Source: a virus. Taken from it: 64,000 bases of DNA. This document shows positions 18,253 through 28,761 of this stretch, one piece after another. A program made the translations under genes and the position numbers. Every line of letters starts with the position of its first letter. Positions within the stretch are counted from its first letter, which is position 1. The stretch is from positions 14,303-78,302 of the IMG/VR virus record IMGVR_UViG_3300021597_000002; one strand, 5' to 3'. Under the pieces are notes generated by a model. That model was not told where the DNA came from and did no database searches. It was given only the letters and a program-made list of their open reading frames with translations.

Positions 18253-18704
18253 CCCTCCAAATCAATTAACTCAACTTCAATACTGGATAAGTTAGAAAAG
18301 CTGTCACAACCATTTAGCGACACACAATTGAACCCATTGCTTTTACAAATCACGTCATTCATCTTGCTTGTCAGATCGTCTTTTTCAAACCATTCATCTT
18401 TAACAACCGAAACAACCAGATCGCGCAACTCTTTTACATCCTCACTTAGCTGAGTTCGAAACCCATCCATTGAAAAATGCACTTGCCCATTTTCAACCTC
18501 TCCCTCTTCCAAAGAATTAACCGATACACGATCACATTCATCAGCCAGCTCTAACAGGTACTCGATAAACTCTGGAGTCTGCCAATAACCCAAAACTTCG
18601 CCATCTTCCTTAACTGCACGGTCAGAACCTTTTCTTGTTTCTCTCAGTGCTGCTGCCACTTGTTTCAACGCCACTTCTGGCTTGTTATTCAATAGTTTTT
18701 CCAT
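18246..18704 (-). CDS. Hypothetical protein
   Basis: Operon packing. Confidence 0.65.
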   Translation of the reverse strand: MEKLLNNKPEVALKQVAAALRETRKGSDRAVKEDGEVLGYWQTPEFIEYLLELADECDRVSVNSLEEGEVENGQVHFSMDGFRTQLSEDVKELRDLVVSVVKDEWFEKDDLTSKMNDVICKSNGFNCVSLNGCDSFSNLSSIEVELIDLEGC

Positions 18705-18715
18705 ATCCTTAGCAC

Positions 18716-20467
18716 CTAAATAACTTCTCTAAGCAGCTCTACGTCTGCATCGTTGAGCGATTTCGCTTTCTCTGGCACTTTCACACCACGGCTTGCCAAA
18801 TAGTTCTCTGCAAGCTTCTTGATACGGTCTGTATCTACCTGCTTACCAACCACCTTAGAACCAGGGTCTTGAATGCCTCGGGCTTGTGATGATTTCACCC
18901 CCAAGATAGAGAGGATTTCCGGATCACTGCCGTATTGAGTCACCGCATGGAACACAAACACTGAGTCTTCCTGCCCGTCACGGTCCAAACGACCAATGCA
19001 CTGGGTCATAACCTGCGGACTCCAATCCTCTTCACCAAAGATGACCGTTGAACAACGATGCTGAATGCCGTCAGTACCTGCCCCAGAACGAAGACTCATA
19101 ATCAAAAGGTCTGACTCACCATTGATGAACGCTTTCTTGTTTCGCTCCTTCTGGGTTTGACTCTCAGAGCCGGTATAAAACAGAGGATTAAGGTCTGCGA
19201 GGTCCTTAGCCCATATGTCATAAACGCCCCTATGCCAGCCAAATAGAACGACAGGGGTTCCAGACTCTATAAACATTCGTACATAGGCAGCGACACTGTG
19301 AGCCTTTGCTATGCCCGTCATTTCGCGCATCTTGAGGTCAAAGTCTCGTGCTGCTTGTCCTCGTTCAACATAAGAGCCGGATAAGGTTTTCACCGCTAAT
19401 TGTTCGGCTAACACTTCCATATCAGCAACTTTCTTCATGTTTGGAGCCACCCACTCAATATGCGGCTCTAACTGCTTAGCAACCTGACCAACATCTGCCT
19501 TCGTGCGACGAATAAGCACTCTTGACTCTCTCAAGTACGAACCAAGCGCATCAGGGTCCGCCACAACCCCCTTATCGTTGGCGACTCCATAATCACGAGT
19601 ACACCATTCACGCAAGAACTCATCACGGCTACCTAGCACTTCTGGCTTAATCATGTTGCTAATATTGAAAGCTTCAATGCCGTAGTTGTAGATAAGCGTT
19701 GCTGTTAAACCGACAACCATTGATACGTTCTGGTTGATAACAAACGCCGCCATACCTCGCTGGCTTTCCTCTCCACGTCTTAGCTGTTGAACTTCGTCAT
19801 ATACGATGGCTTTTACCCATCCTGCGGACAATACATCTACCCATGACGACAGCTGACTGTACTTAAAAACATAGATATCAGCTTGCGGCAGCTTGTATGG
19901 CTTATTACCTTTCGCTTTATGGACCGCTAGGTTGATAAACTCAGCTGCTTTTTCACACCACTGATCTTGTAAGTGCGGCTCCACCACAATTACCAGTGGC
20001 AAAGCATCAGGAAGTAGACCTACCCCTAAACCAAGGTATGTCTTACCTAGACCAACATCATCAATAACCAAAAGACGCTTAACCGATTCGAGCAGATCAA
20101 GCCCAACCAATTGATAATCACGAAGCGACTGATTAGGCATTAATCCTGCGCGTACTGCAGGCGTGTAATCAGGAAGCAAAATAGAGTGCGCCTCTTCCTG
20201 CTTCTTATGGTATTCACGACTGCGTTTTTTTAAGTACCTTATATCTTTATCAGACGCTTTTAGTGCATACCTCTGAGTAAACCAAAGAAGATCTGCCGCC
20301 ACTTCTTGAGAGTCCTGAAGCGAAAACAACTTCGCTTGATGCTTTGGGATCTTAGGGAAAAGCTGTTTAAGGCGTATTGCCACATGAGGCTCGATATCCA
20401 CAAGCTCCCAACGAGTATCAGAACGGCGCAACGCTCCAAAGGTTCGATTAATAACGAGTTTGCTCAT
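18716..20467 (-). CDS. SNF2-family helicase
   Basis: DDVGLGKT, YDEVQ, LTAT, QCIGRLDRDGQ. Confidence 0.9.
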   Translation of the reverse strand: MSKLVINRTFGALRRSDTRWELVDIEPHVAIRLKQLFPKIPKHQAKLFSLQDSQEVAADLLWFTQRYALKASDKDIRYLKKRSREYHKKQEEAHSILLPDYTPAVRAGLMPNQSLRDYQLVGLDLLESVKRLLVIDDVGLGKTYLGLGVGLLPDALPLVIVVEPHLQDQWCEKAAEFINLAVHKAKGNKPYKLPQADIYVFKYSQLSSWVDVLSAGWVKAIVYDEVQQLRRGEESQRGMAAFVINQNVSMVVGLTATLIYNYGIEAFNISNMIKPEVLGSRDEFLREWCTRDYGVANDKGVVADPDALGSYLRESRVLIRRTKADVGQVAKQLEPHIEWVAPNMKKVADMEVLAEQLAVKTLSGSYVERGQAARDFDLKMREMTGIAKAHSVAAYVRMFIESGTPVVLFGWHRGVYDIWAKDLADLNPLFYTGSESQTQKERNKKAFINGESDLLIMSLRSGAGTDGIQHRCSTVIFGEEDWSPQVMTQCIGRLDRDGQEDSVFVFHAVTQYGSDPEILSILGVKSSQARGIQDPGSKVVGKQVDTDRIKKLAENYLASRGVKVPEKAKSLNDADVELLREVI

Positions 20468-20865
20468 AGCCCGTTCTCCCCTAAGTGATAAAAGCGCGTT
20501 GGCTTACCCTCAATTTGTTCTGGCAAACCTTGCGGTCTCGCTGTAGCCAATATCAATCCAGAAATTTCAGGATTCAGACAGTAGCGCTCACACTGACGAT
20601 AAACGCCCATCTTGTTCCAAGCCTTAGATGCTTTGACTTCCAAACCGATCCCAGAATTGGGAAAGAAGAAGTCGATGATGCTACGACCATCAGATAAACG
20701 ATATTCACGCTCAAATCGAAGCCCTAGATTAGAGAAGTGCTCCTCTAAGTACTCTTGGCATACTTTCTCATCCGCAAACTCATATTTGCCTTTGCGAAGT
20801 ATGACGATCAAGGCTTCAAGCTTATCGTTGAGGCAGATTGACTCTGCCCCGACTTTGTTTTGCAT
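20464..20865 (-). CDS. PD-(D/E)XK-like nuclease, translationally coupled to the SNF2 helicase
   Basis: EREY..IIDF...GIGLEVK...QCERY; ATGA overlap. Confidence 0.7.
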   Translation of the reverse strand: MQNKVGAESICLNDKLEALIVILRKGKYEFADEKVCQEYLEEHFSNLGLRFEREYRLSDGRSIIDFFFPNSGIGLEVKASKAWNKMGVYRQCERYCLNPEISGLILATARPQGLPEQIEGKPTRFYHLGENGL

Positions 20866-20877
20866 AGTCCCAGCTCC

Positions 20878-21360
20878 TTAGCTATTGCCCAAGCCGGACA
20901 AGAAGCTATAAAGCTCTTCCCAGTTTTCGTTGTCATAATGAGCCACCAGCTCGTCCCAATGAGAAGCTATATCTCTCCACTCATGACCGGTGGTTAGCAT
21001 CAGGAACACTTTCTTCTCAAATCCAAGCGCTCGGACCATGCGAAGGCAGCGACCGAAATCATCCGCGTCATGAGGGTATGAATAACTTTGCACCGGCAAT
21101 CGTGTAGCGCCCCCGTCAATGGCATAAGCCATGTACTTCGAGCTAGTTCCAGTATCGTCACATTCAAACCATTCAGAGATAGACATACCATCCCTTACTT
21201 TTACAGGCTCCCTGCCGCACTCATCCACGACTAAATTTGCCGCCTTGATAACCGTATTAAAGATGCTTGGGCAGAAAGGCATGTTAGGACATTGGCGCGA
21301 TAACTCTGCATTGATGGCATTAACTAAGCCCATTTGGTCGATAGAAATAGGATCGTGCAT
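20878..21360 (-). CDS. Hypothetical phage protein
   Basis: DTGTSSKYM...YPHDADDFGRC motif. Confidence 0.7.
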   Translation of the reverse strand: MHDPISIDQMGLVNAINAELSRQCPNMPFCPSIFNTVIKAANLVVDECGREPVKVRDGMSISEWFECDDTGTSSKYMAYAIDGGATRLPVQSYSYPHDADDFGRCLRMVRALGFEKKVFLMLTTGHEWRDIASHWDELVAHYDNENWEELYSFLSGLGNS

Positions 21361-21362
21361 GG

Positions 21363-21863
21363 TTATGACCTCTTACCCTGATTTTGTTTTACAACGTTTA
21401 TCAATTCCAAAGGTGACTTAAAATCACCGGATGTCGACTCTGCTATACCTGCATGTTTAAGAAATCCACATTCTTCCCAACCGTAGAGGTGATGTGGGCA
21501 CTCTTCCTTGTCGAGAGGCTTATAGCCTTTATGCCACGCCCACACTTCTGCACCAGCAATCATGTAAGCCGCTAAAGTCATTCCGTATTCAATAGGGGTT
21601 TTAACTTCCACTGAAGTATTAATAAGAACGTTGCGAAGCAATGAATCATCGCTACTCGTCTGCATAGACAAATCATTGCGAACTATGCGCGTTTCATCTA
21701 GCGAATCAAAACAATCGTCTGTCCACTCATCAGAACCAACAACAAAACGAGTACCATTCCAAAATGAGACTAACCATTCATTAGTTAGTCCCTTATCTCT
21801 CAGGTGACGACCAAAATGAACCCAGTAATAACCAATTTCTCTTGTTATTTGCGCCTCCATCAT
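21363..21863 (-). CDS. Hypothetical protein
   Basis: ATGA overlap. Confidence 0.65.
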   Translation of the reverse strand: MMEAQITREIGYYWVHFGRHLRDKGLTNEWLVSFWNGTRFVVGSDEWTDDCFDSLDETRIVRNDLSMQTSSDDSLLRNVLINTSVEVKTPIEYGMTLAAYMIAGAEVWAWHKGYKPLDKEECPHHLYGWEECGFLKHAGIAESTSGDFKSPLELINVVKQNQGKRS

Positions 21864-22102
21864 TTCGAACCCTCTTTCTCTTCAAAGGTAACAACTTGAG
21901 GTCGAATGATTTCAGAGACATTTTCACAGCGAACCCATTCAATCTCCCATGGGTCAAACTCTTCATCATCAGCCGGCTTTTCTGGAAGCAAGCCAAACAA
22001 ACGCTCAGGGAAACTGCATGAAACGATAAACTTCCGCTCTCCATCATGCATGGCATACATGTTTCCAGTGAATCCAGTATTATCAAACTGTTCAGGCGTC
22101 AT
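21860..22102 (-). CDS. Hypothetical protein
   Basis: ATGA overlaps on both sides. Confidence 0.65.
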   Translation of the reverse strand: MTPEQFDNTGFTGNMYAMHDGERKFIVSCSFPERLFGLLPEKPADDEEFDPWEIEWVRCENVSEIIRPQVVTFEEKEGSK

Positions 22103-23106
22103 TTTGCACCCCCTTGACGAGACAACTGATCACGAAGGTTAGGCGGGGTTCCCTTGATGGTAAGAGTGTCGGTTTCCGCATCATAGAAAACACGCTCGCC
22201 TAGCAACAGCGCGTCAAAGGTAAGATTGATGCCGCCACCAGCACCAACAAACTTTGTAAGCTTACGAACACAGGCAGAATCTACAGGAAAGCTTTCTTCT
22301 AGTTCATAACCCTGATCTTGGGTGTAATTAACGAACGAACCTACGTCACCGAAGTCTGGCAGCTCACCTGACAGCTCTTTAACGCAAACTTCTTCACCAA
22401 GTTTCTTTTGTCCATTGCAGTAGTCATGAACTTGCTTCTTAACGGACATCTTTTCTTCGCGGTCTAACTTCGCATCCGCACAGAAATCTTCAACCGCCTG
22501 CATGAGAACTTGGTTTTGTTGCTTTGCATCGAAGCCAACTTCTGCCTGCAGAAAATCAAGGAAGAAGTCTGACACCTTACGACCTACACGCCCTTTGATG
22601 AATGATAGGTAGCGATTTGATTCTGTATCCGTTTCAAATGTCGACAGGTCCACTACAGCGGCAAGATCCATCTTGGCAATATCCAGATAAGCCGTAGCAC
22701 TTAGGCTTAGGTTGTCCATTACGGTCATACCAGAGTTAGATGAAACTAAGCCCACCAGTAAGTAATCAGTTGCCAATGATTGATACTGAGCAAAAACAAG
22801 TGTGCCCTCATCAGCAAATGGGTATTTGCTTAGTTCATTTTTAAGTCGGATTGCGCCTGTCTTAGAGAACTCATAGAAAGGAGCATTACCTTTACGGCAA
22901 TCAATTAACCACTGCTTGAACTCACTATCCGACTGAAATTGTCCGTAGCCCTTGGTTTTACCCGAATAAGCGCGATGAAGCTCTTCTACTAGCGCTTCAT
23001 ACGCAGGCTGGATTGGATGATGGTGATTACCGTAGTTAACCGTCAATTCGTCTTGTTCGTTTTTAACCAACTGGTGTAGAGCAACTGCATTCAGTGAAAT
23101 ACTCAT
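22099..23106 (-). CDS. ndpA: Nucleoid-associated protein NdpA/YejK
   Basis: ALHQLVK, RYLSFIKGRVGRKVSDFFLDFL, TLTIKGTPPNLRDQL. Confidence 0.93.
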   Translation of the reverse strand: MSISLNAVALHQLVKNEQDELTVNYGNHHHPIQPAYEALVEELHRAYSGKTKGYGQFQSDSEFKQWLIDCRKGNAPFYEFSKTGAIRLKNELSKYPFADEGTLVFAQYQSLATDYLLVGLVSSNSGMTVMDNLSLSATAYLDIAKMDLAAVVDLSTFETDTESNRYLSFIKGRVGRKVSDFFLDFLQAEVGFDAKQQNQVLMQAVEDFCADAKLDREEKMSVKKQVHDYCNGQKKLGEEVCVKELSGELPDFGDVGSFVNYTQDQGYELEESFPVDSACVRKLTKFVGAGGGINLTFDALLLGERVFYDAETDTLTIKGTPPNLRDQLSRQGGAK

Positions 23107-23155
23107 TGGGTTTCCTTCTTTGTGTGATTTAAAGGGTTTTGGTCAGGGTCTGTAA

Positions 23156-23668
23156 TTAAGCAGCCATACGCTTAGAGTCTTGCAGGTACTCCAAGACTTC
23201 TACGCAATAGCTTTCTTCAGCGCGATTGATATAGATCTCACGCTGCATTGAGATTCGTTCTGACGGGAGTTCGGTTTCTTCTAAGAGCTGCTCGGTCTTT
23301 TGGATCTCAGTTCTTAACTGCTCCAATAGCTCTTCAAAATACTTTTGATTACCCACGTTCAACATGACAGTACGAATGCTGTGCAGGGACTTAATTGAAG
23401 GGATGGCGCTTTCTACCGCCTCATTGAGCTTGGCAATTCCATCATTGGTCAGCGAATAAACCTTACGATCGGGCTTACCTTTCTGCGGCTCATCTTTGCA
23501 AGCCAGAAAACCATCATCTGCGAGCTTATTCAGGGAGCGATAGATTTTTTGGTGGGACGCACGCCATACATGGCTAGTGCTCATCATTTTTGTCAGGTCA
23601 TAGCCTGTCGCCGTTTTATGCTCAGACAGCAAAGAAAGCAGGTGGATATTCAATTCGTTTAACAGCAT
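23156..23668 (-). CDS. PadR-family regulator, AphA-like
   Basis: ATGYDLTK..WRASHQKIYRSLNKL..EPQKGKPDRKVYSLT closely parallels the Vibrio AphA winged helix. Confidence 0.88.
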   Translation of the reverse strand: MLLNELNIHLLSLLSEHKTATGYDLTKMMSTSHVWRASHQKIYRSLNKLADDGFLACKDEPQKGKPDRKVYSLTNDGIAKLNEAVESAIPSIKSLHSIRTVMLNVGNQKYFEELLEQLRTEIQKTEQLLEETELPSERISMQREIYINRAEESYCVEVLEYLQDSKRMAA

Positions 23669-23713
23669 TTCGACACTCCTTTTTTAGAAAGTGGAAACAC
23701 CATATAATAAAAA

Positions 23714-23730
23714 CCTGTACATTGTACAGG
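23714..23730. promoter_or_regulatory. 17-bp palindrome CCTGTACATTGTACAGG (copy 1)
   Basis: Upstream of the AphA-like gene; identical copy at 24997-25013, degenerate copy at 29086-29102. Confidence 0.75.
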
Positions 23731-23763
23731 ATTATTTATTTTTAAGTGGAATTTTTGAGAAGA

Positions 23764-24951
23764 TTAGAACGGGAATCCCTGTTTCTTTAGCCAGTCGTGG
23801 TACTCGCTAAGGGCTTCTTTCATCTTGTGTTCGACGTGAGTATGGATATAAGTCTTATCCAGCTTGCTAAGAGCATGGTTCAACAACATTTCGCCCACCA
23901 TGTAATCCACACCAAGATCAGCCCAGACCGTACGCGCTACTTTTCGTAAGTCGTGCGCTGTCCAATTACTGGCTGAAATGCGCTTAATTTGAGTACTCGC
24001 GGTACTAGCAGGAACACATTGACCACTACGATCATCGTTAGGGAATAGAAATTGCCCTGTGTAACCCTTGGATTTTTGAGCATTCCGGTAAGCATCAAGC
24101 AAAGCTTTAACTGGCTCAGTCAAAGGTAAGCGGTGCGACTGCTTCGTTTTGGTGTGCTCTGCAGGTAGGTACCAATAATCACCGTCTATATGGGACCACT
24201 TAGCCTGACGTGTTTCGCCTATACGGGTACCAAATAGCAACATCATGAAAATCAGCATTCTGGTGCTGTAGTGACAATCCACCAGCGAAGAAAGTACCGC
24301 TGGAATATCCGACGCTCTGATTTGCGCATCCTTGGGATTGATGCGTTTTTGAATGAAATCAGTGAACTGAAGACCAGCCAAAGGATTGGTACTAATACGG
24401 TTTTGCTTGGAGGCAAGCTTAAATGCCGCTTTCAGTGCGGAAAATATCAATCTGACGTTAGATAAGGAGTATTTACTTTGAAGGCGCCAGATAAGCGCAT
24501 CGTCTATGCAAGCATGGTTCAACTCATCAATCAGCTTATCACCCAGCATAGGGATCAGGTGCTTATTGATAACGGACTTCACTGTGGCTTTACGCTTTTT
24601 AGATAACTCACGATCTGATTGCGCTCTATCGCAGTACCACTCAAGCAGATCAGAAACGTTCTGGAAGCCGCTGATCTCGATATTCGCTTCAGGGTTCAGC
24701 GTTAACTCCATCACTATGCTAGGCAAACGCTCTTTTACCAGTGATACAGGAACCGCCGGATAACCACCTAGTGGGTGATATTTCTTACCTTTTCTCAGAT
24801 ACCAAGTGCCAGTTTCTAACCCTTTATGCGGACGCAACAATACCGTGGGCTTGGACGAAACTTTGATTTCGTAACCCTCGGCGGTTTTTAGCGCTCGCTT
24901 AACGGATGATTCGGAAAAACTGACTGTAAGTGTCTGCATTAAGAGTCCCAA
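23764..24951 (-). CDS. Phage integrase-family tyrosine recombinase
   Basis: GTRIGE, EHTKT, HDLRK, LLNH, TYIH all intact. Confidence 0.9.
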   Translation of the reverse strand: MGLLMQTLTVSFSESSVKRALKTAEGYEIKVSSKPTVLLRPHKGLETGTWYLRKGKKYHPLGGYPAVPVSLVKERLPSIVMELTLNPEANIEISGFQNVSDLLEWYCDRAQSDRELSKKRKATVKSVINKHLIPMLGDKLIDELNHACIDDALIWRLQSKYSLSNVRLIFSALKAAFKLASKQNRISTNPLAGLQFTDFIQKRINPKDAQIRASDIPAVLSSLVDCHYSTRMLIFMMLLFGTRIGETRQAKWSHIDGDYWYLPAEHTKTKQSHRLPLTEPVKALLDAYRNAQKSKGYTGQFLFPNDDRSGQCVPASTASTQIKRISASNWTAHDLRKVARTVWADLGVDYMVGEMLLNHALSKLDKTYIHTHVEHKMKEALSEYHDWLKKQGFPF

Positions 24952-24996
24952 CGGCTGAGTGACTTTTTACCTCTGGCTCAACCTTTTTAAAAAAAT

Positions 24997-25013
24997 CCTG
25001 TACATTGTACAGG
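24997..25013. promoter_or_regulatory. 17-bp palindrome CCTGTACATTGTACAGG (copy 2) in a divergent promoter region
   Basis: Symmetry extends to AAATCCTGTACATTGTACAGGATTT. Confidence 0.75.
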
Positions 25014-25110
25014 ATTTAGATATATATTGGCGTCGTTAGCACGAAGAGAGCTAACTGTCTCGGTGACGTTAACACCAGATTTTCTAACTATCGACAACAG
25101 GAAAATGTTG

Positions 25111-25335
25111 ATGACAACACTACAAAGACATGCAAACGGAGATGGGAAGCACAAGGTAATAGTGCTTTCAGCGCACTTTCAGGGAAATACAGCAAACAAC
25201 CTGACGCGACACCAGTTCGCAGATTTCCACGCTGATGCCCAAAGGTTGGCTGATGAAATTGATGGTGAATTTAATCTGACCGGCAAAAAAGCCGATGGAA
25301 AGAGATTCAAGCTAAGAATTAAGCCGAAATTTTGA
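25111..25335 (+). CDS. Small hypothetical protein
   Basis: CAGGAAA RBS; first gene of the rightward operon. Confidence 0.55.
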   Translation: MTTLQRHANGDGKHKVIVLSAHFQGNTANNLTRHQFADFHADAQRLADEIDGEFNLTGKKADGKRFKLRIKPKF

Positions 25336-25411
25336 AAGGTTGGCGTATCGCCCCGACCAAAGATTGATACGCCATAGTCTACACACCACACAGGAAGAAG
25401 GATCCCAAACA

Positions 25412-25609
25412 ATGGACAATCAACAGTTATCCAGAATGGAACGCTCAGAGCGCCTGTTAGCTGCTCACTGTTTTCTTATGCGTAAACCAGTTCCCTATTC
25501 TATGCGCCTCAAGAAGTCGCTGCAAGCAAAGCTCACGCGCATTGATCAGAAGCTCGAAGTTTATATCGACAAAATCTGGAGCTTCCTAAATAGCTCTATG
25601 CAGCCATAA
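25412..25609 (+). CDS. Small hypothetical protein
   Basis: AAGAAGGA RBS before MDNQQL. Confidence 0.6.
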   Translation: MDNQQLSRMERSERLLAAHCFLMRKPVPYSMRLKKSLQAKLTRIDQKLEVYIDKIWSFLNSSMQP

Positions 25610-25660
25610 GCCATCATCCCGTTTATTACTACCGAGTTTAAAAATTGAAGGAGAAGTAGA

Positions 25661-26851
25661 ATGACAACCGAGAAAAGCACCGTAGCGATTGCCCTACAGT
25701 CCGCTCTTAACCCTGCTCGTTACCAGCTAGGCATTGCTGCAGACAAAACGGAAGGTCTTGCTCACACATCTGTAAACGCTGCAATCACCATGATTGATCA
25801 AATTGAGCAAATCGTTATTGAGCAATACAACATTGAAGTTGATGACTTTAATTCGCTTTGTGATGAGCTTGAACAAACGCAAGAGAGCTTATCCAAAACA
25901 GAAAAAGCACTAGCGGATCTTCGCTCTAACCTTGACGAGCTTGAACTTGAAGCCAAAAAAGCCACTGCAGAAGCGGAACGAGAAAAAGCTCAAGCTAAAC
26001 TCACTCAAGCCAATGTAAAAGATAAACTGGCAGAGCTTAAACGCCTGCAAGATATGCAGCCTGAGCAAATGAAAGCCCGTATAGCTGCCCAGCGTAAAAA
26101 GAACGACGAAAAACAAAAGCTATTAGAAGAGCAGCGCATCAAGATCCGTGATCTTAAAAATCAGCTGGTGGACACAGAGACTAAGAAGAACGTCATGGTC
26201 CAAGCCAACACGCAACTTACTGAAGAGCTAAACGAAGCTCGCTCTCGATTAATGCACAAAGACGGTGACGTTATCAATAAGGTATTTGTTGGTAGTGATG
26301 GCATATTGAAGTGCTACATCCATGTGTTTGAGTATGGTTTATCATTCCGACCAGAAGCAAAAACCATCAAAATCATTAACGACCTTGACTGGTATTACGA
26401 GGTTAAAACCAACCACGGGCTAAATATCACTGTTTCCGTGACAGACTGGCTACAACCTTTCTACCCTCCATGCGATTACTTAGCTGACCGTTGGCCAACT
26501 GACATTCATGACGCTTTGCATGAACTCATTATCAACCGCATCGAGATCACCCACCCTCACCTCATTGAACGTATGGAGTGGGCTAAAGAAACGTACCTAG
26601 AAGATGCTGAGTTGGATCCTAAGCATCTTGAAGTACTAAACAACGCTGGATTCCAAAGTCTATACAGCGTTCTTCACATTCCACCTCACCGCCTACTTGC
26701 CATCGTTAAAGACAAAGCCGGTGACGCATCGAAAGGATTCGGAGAAGCCGCTGTGAAGCAAATCTACTCCAAGCTGGACAAGTTAGTAGACCAATGGCAA
26801 CGACAGCATGATTGCTGGTCAGACCTAAATCGACAACCTAAAGCCGCTTAA
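25661..26851 (+). CDS. Coiled-coil protein with a C-terminal HhH-like motif
   Basis: Long heptad region; KGFGEAAVKQI. Confidence 0.7.
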   Translation: MTTEKSTVAIALQSALNPARYQLGIAADKTEGLAHTSVNAAITMIDQIEQIVIEQYNIEVDDFNSLCDELEQTQESLSKTEKALADLRSNLDELELEAKKATAEAEREKAQAKLTQANVKDKLAELKRLQDMQPEQMKARIAAQRKKNDEKQKLLEEQRIKIRDLKNQLVDTETKKNVMVQANTQLTEELNEARSRLMHKDGDVINKVFVGSDGILKCYIHVFEYGLSFRPEAKTIKIINDLDWYYEVKTNHGLNITVSVTDWLQPFYPPCDYLADRWPTDIHDALHELIINRIEITHPHLIERMEWAKETYLEDAELDPKHLEVLNNAGFQSLYSVLHIPPHRLLAIVKDKAGDASKGFGEAAVKQIYSKLDKLVDQWQRQHDCWSDLNRQPKAA

Positions 26852-26899
26852 CGAACAACAGGCTGCGGCAAAGGTCGCAGCCACCAGCAGGAGAAGATT

Positions 26900-27826
26900 A
26901 TGACTATTCGCAGGAAAGGTACCATTGGCATTAGTGATACGTCGATCAGAGTTAATGATCAAACTGGCGATTTCAAAAACGGATTTGATGCTGAGCCAAT
27001 TTTAAAGGCTCAACTGGTTTTAAGGCTGGTCGCTTACCTTAAATCACAGGGATGGAGCTTCCACGTTCCTTATGATGACTACGCATACCTTGAACGCAGC
27101 TCAAGCTCTCGTGGAGCTAAAAGGTTTGCAGAGAAACACCGGAAAGGCATTAAAGACGGTCTAGAAATAGAGGTTGCCGCAAGTGGTGCAGGATTGGATA
27201 TAGATTTTTGGGAAAACGTAACTGACCATACCGCCGACAACTCTAATGGCGGTCGATATGTTTTTGATAAAGAGTCAAAAATGCCTTATCGCCAGCTTTG
27301 TCGATTTAGAGCAACCAAACTCAAAATCATAAACTTTCTAACCACATATCACGACTATGCCGTTATGGAGAATGCTCGTCCATTATTCCCTAAGCGACAT
27401 ACTGGTTTAGAGCTTGTGCAACAAGACTATGATGAAAGCTGTCACCGTGATGGCTCCGACATATGGAACGCGAACCTACAAAGAATCTGCGAATACAATG
27501 CTAAATCCGCAGATGGGCACCAAATTGAGCACGGTTCAATGATCTGGACTCGGAACTACCATGGACGCTGGGTTTATGGTCGAGCAATGTACAACATCAA
27601 TAACATGTGGTGGGTTCTTTCTGGTAAATGGGATCGTTACAACAAAGCTAACTTCGAAATATATACAGAAAAACCTGCAGATCTGAACGTTAGAGTTTCT
27701 AGGGAAAAAGCCACCAGAAGCCTAGAAAGTAAAATTAAGAAGGCTGTAGATAACAAAGACTTTCTACTTGCTCATAAATTCCAAACTGCACTCGACCAAC
27801 AATTTGGCGAAGTTGAAGCAGCATAA
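26900..27826 (+). CDS. Hypothetical phage protein
   Basis: AGGAGA RBS; GRAMYNINNMWWV motif. Confidence 0.7.
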   Translation: MTIRRKGTIGISDTSIRVNDQTGDFKNGFDAEPILKAQLVLRLVAYLKSQGWSFHVPYDDYAYLERSSSSRGAKRFAEKHRKGIKDGLEIEVAASGAGLDIDFWENVTDHTADNSNGGRYVFDKESKMPYRQLCRFRATKLKIINFLTTYHDYAVMENARPLFPKRHTGLELVQQDYDESCHRDGSDIWNANLQRICEYNAKSADGHQIEHGSMIWTRNYHGRWVYGRAMYNINNMWWVLSGKWDRYNKANFEIYTEKPADLNVRVSREKATRSLESKIKKAVDNKDFLLAHKFQTALDQQFGEVEAA

Positions 27827-27883
27827 CCAACATTTAGGGATGCCTTGGCGCATCCCTGTTAACTACGACGAACAAGGTTAAAC

Positions 27884-28702
27884 ATGATCTTACCAACACT
27901 TGAATATCTAAAAAGCATCAAATCAAGCCCTGTCATCCATGTAACCGACATCGAAACAGGTTCTACAGGTCCGAATACGCACATCTTCTCAGCTGCCGTT
28001 GTAACTGTTGATTTATATCAGCGCCGAATCATCAACCAAACCTACATGTTGATCAGCGATGAGGGGCAAGAAAACCGCATCAAAGACGACATCAACCAAC
28101 CAAACAGCACAATGGCTTTCTGGGAAAAACAAAAAACTGAATCACCAGAAGCGTATGCGGAACTATTTTCAGCAGAGAAGCAAGAAGAACGCTTATCTCT
28201 TCCTGAAGCTCTCCATCAAATTGCTTACTACATTAAGGAAAACACACCAGAGGGCACTAAAGCTCAGGTTATGGGGAACGGTCCAGAATTTGACAACGTT
28301 ATCCTGTCACACGCTTATGAAGAAGCAGGCATTGAGCAACCTTGGTATTTCCGAGGCAATCAATCACTACGCACCGCCTGTTTGCTAGGTCGACTGTTAC
28401 TTGGCATTGACCCTAAATACACACTAGAACGCAAAGGTCCTCTTCATCATGCGCTATATGATGCTTTGCACGAAGCTGAATACCTTATCGAAATCACATC
28501 ATCACTGATCACTGAAATCACAAAAGGGCATAACGTTGTCGCTATGGAGACTGAACAGCAAGAAATGTTCAAAAGCTCCCTGCTCAAAGCCCTTGGCTAT
28601 CAACAGAACTCAGATAAAGAGTTAGTGGACCTGTTAGCAGAAGTTGAATTTAACAGAAAAGCGCTTCACAACGGCGAAGCTGAAGCCTGCGCCTGCCGAT
28701 AA
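27884..28702 (+). CDS. DEDDh 3'-5' exonuclease
   Basis: TDIET, GNGPEFDNVIL, HHALYDA. Confidence 0.85.
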   Translation: MILPTLEYLKSIKSSPVIHVTDIETGSTGPNTHIFSAAVVTVDLYQRRIINQTYMLISDEGQENRIKDDINQPNSTMAFWEKQKTESPEAYAELFSAEKQEERLSLPEALHQIAYYIKENTPEGTKAQVMGNGPEFDNVILSHAYEEAGIEQPWYFRGNQSLRTACLLGRLLLGIDPKYTLERKGPLHHALYDALHEAEYLIEITSSLITEITKGHNVVAMETEQQEMFKSSLLKALGYQQNSDKELVDLLAEVEFNRKALHNGEAEACACR

Positions 28703-28761
28703 CCCTACCATTCATTGACTGGTGCCCTCACAGATGAGGGTACCAAACAACGGAACTCAAA

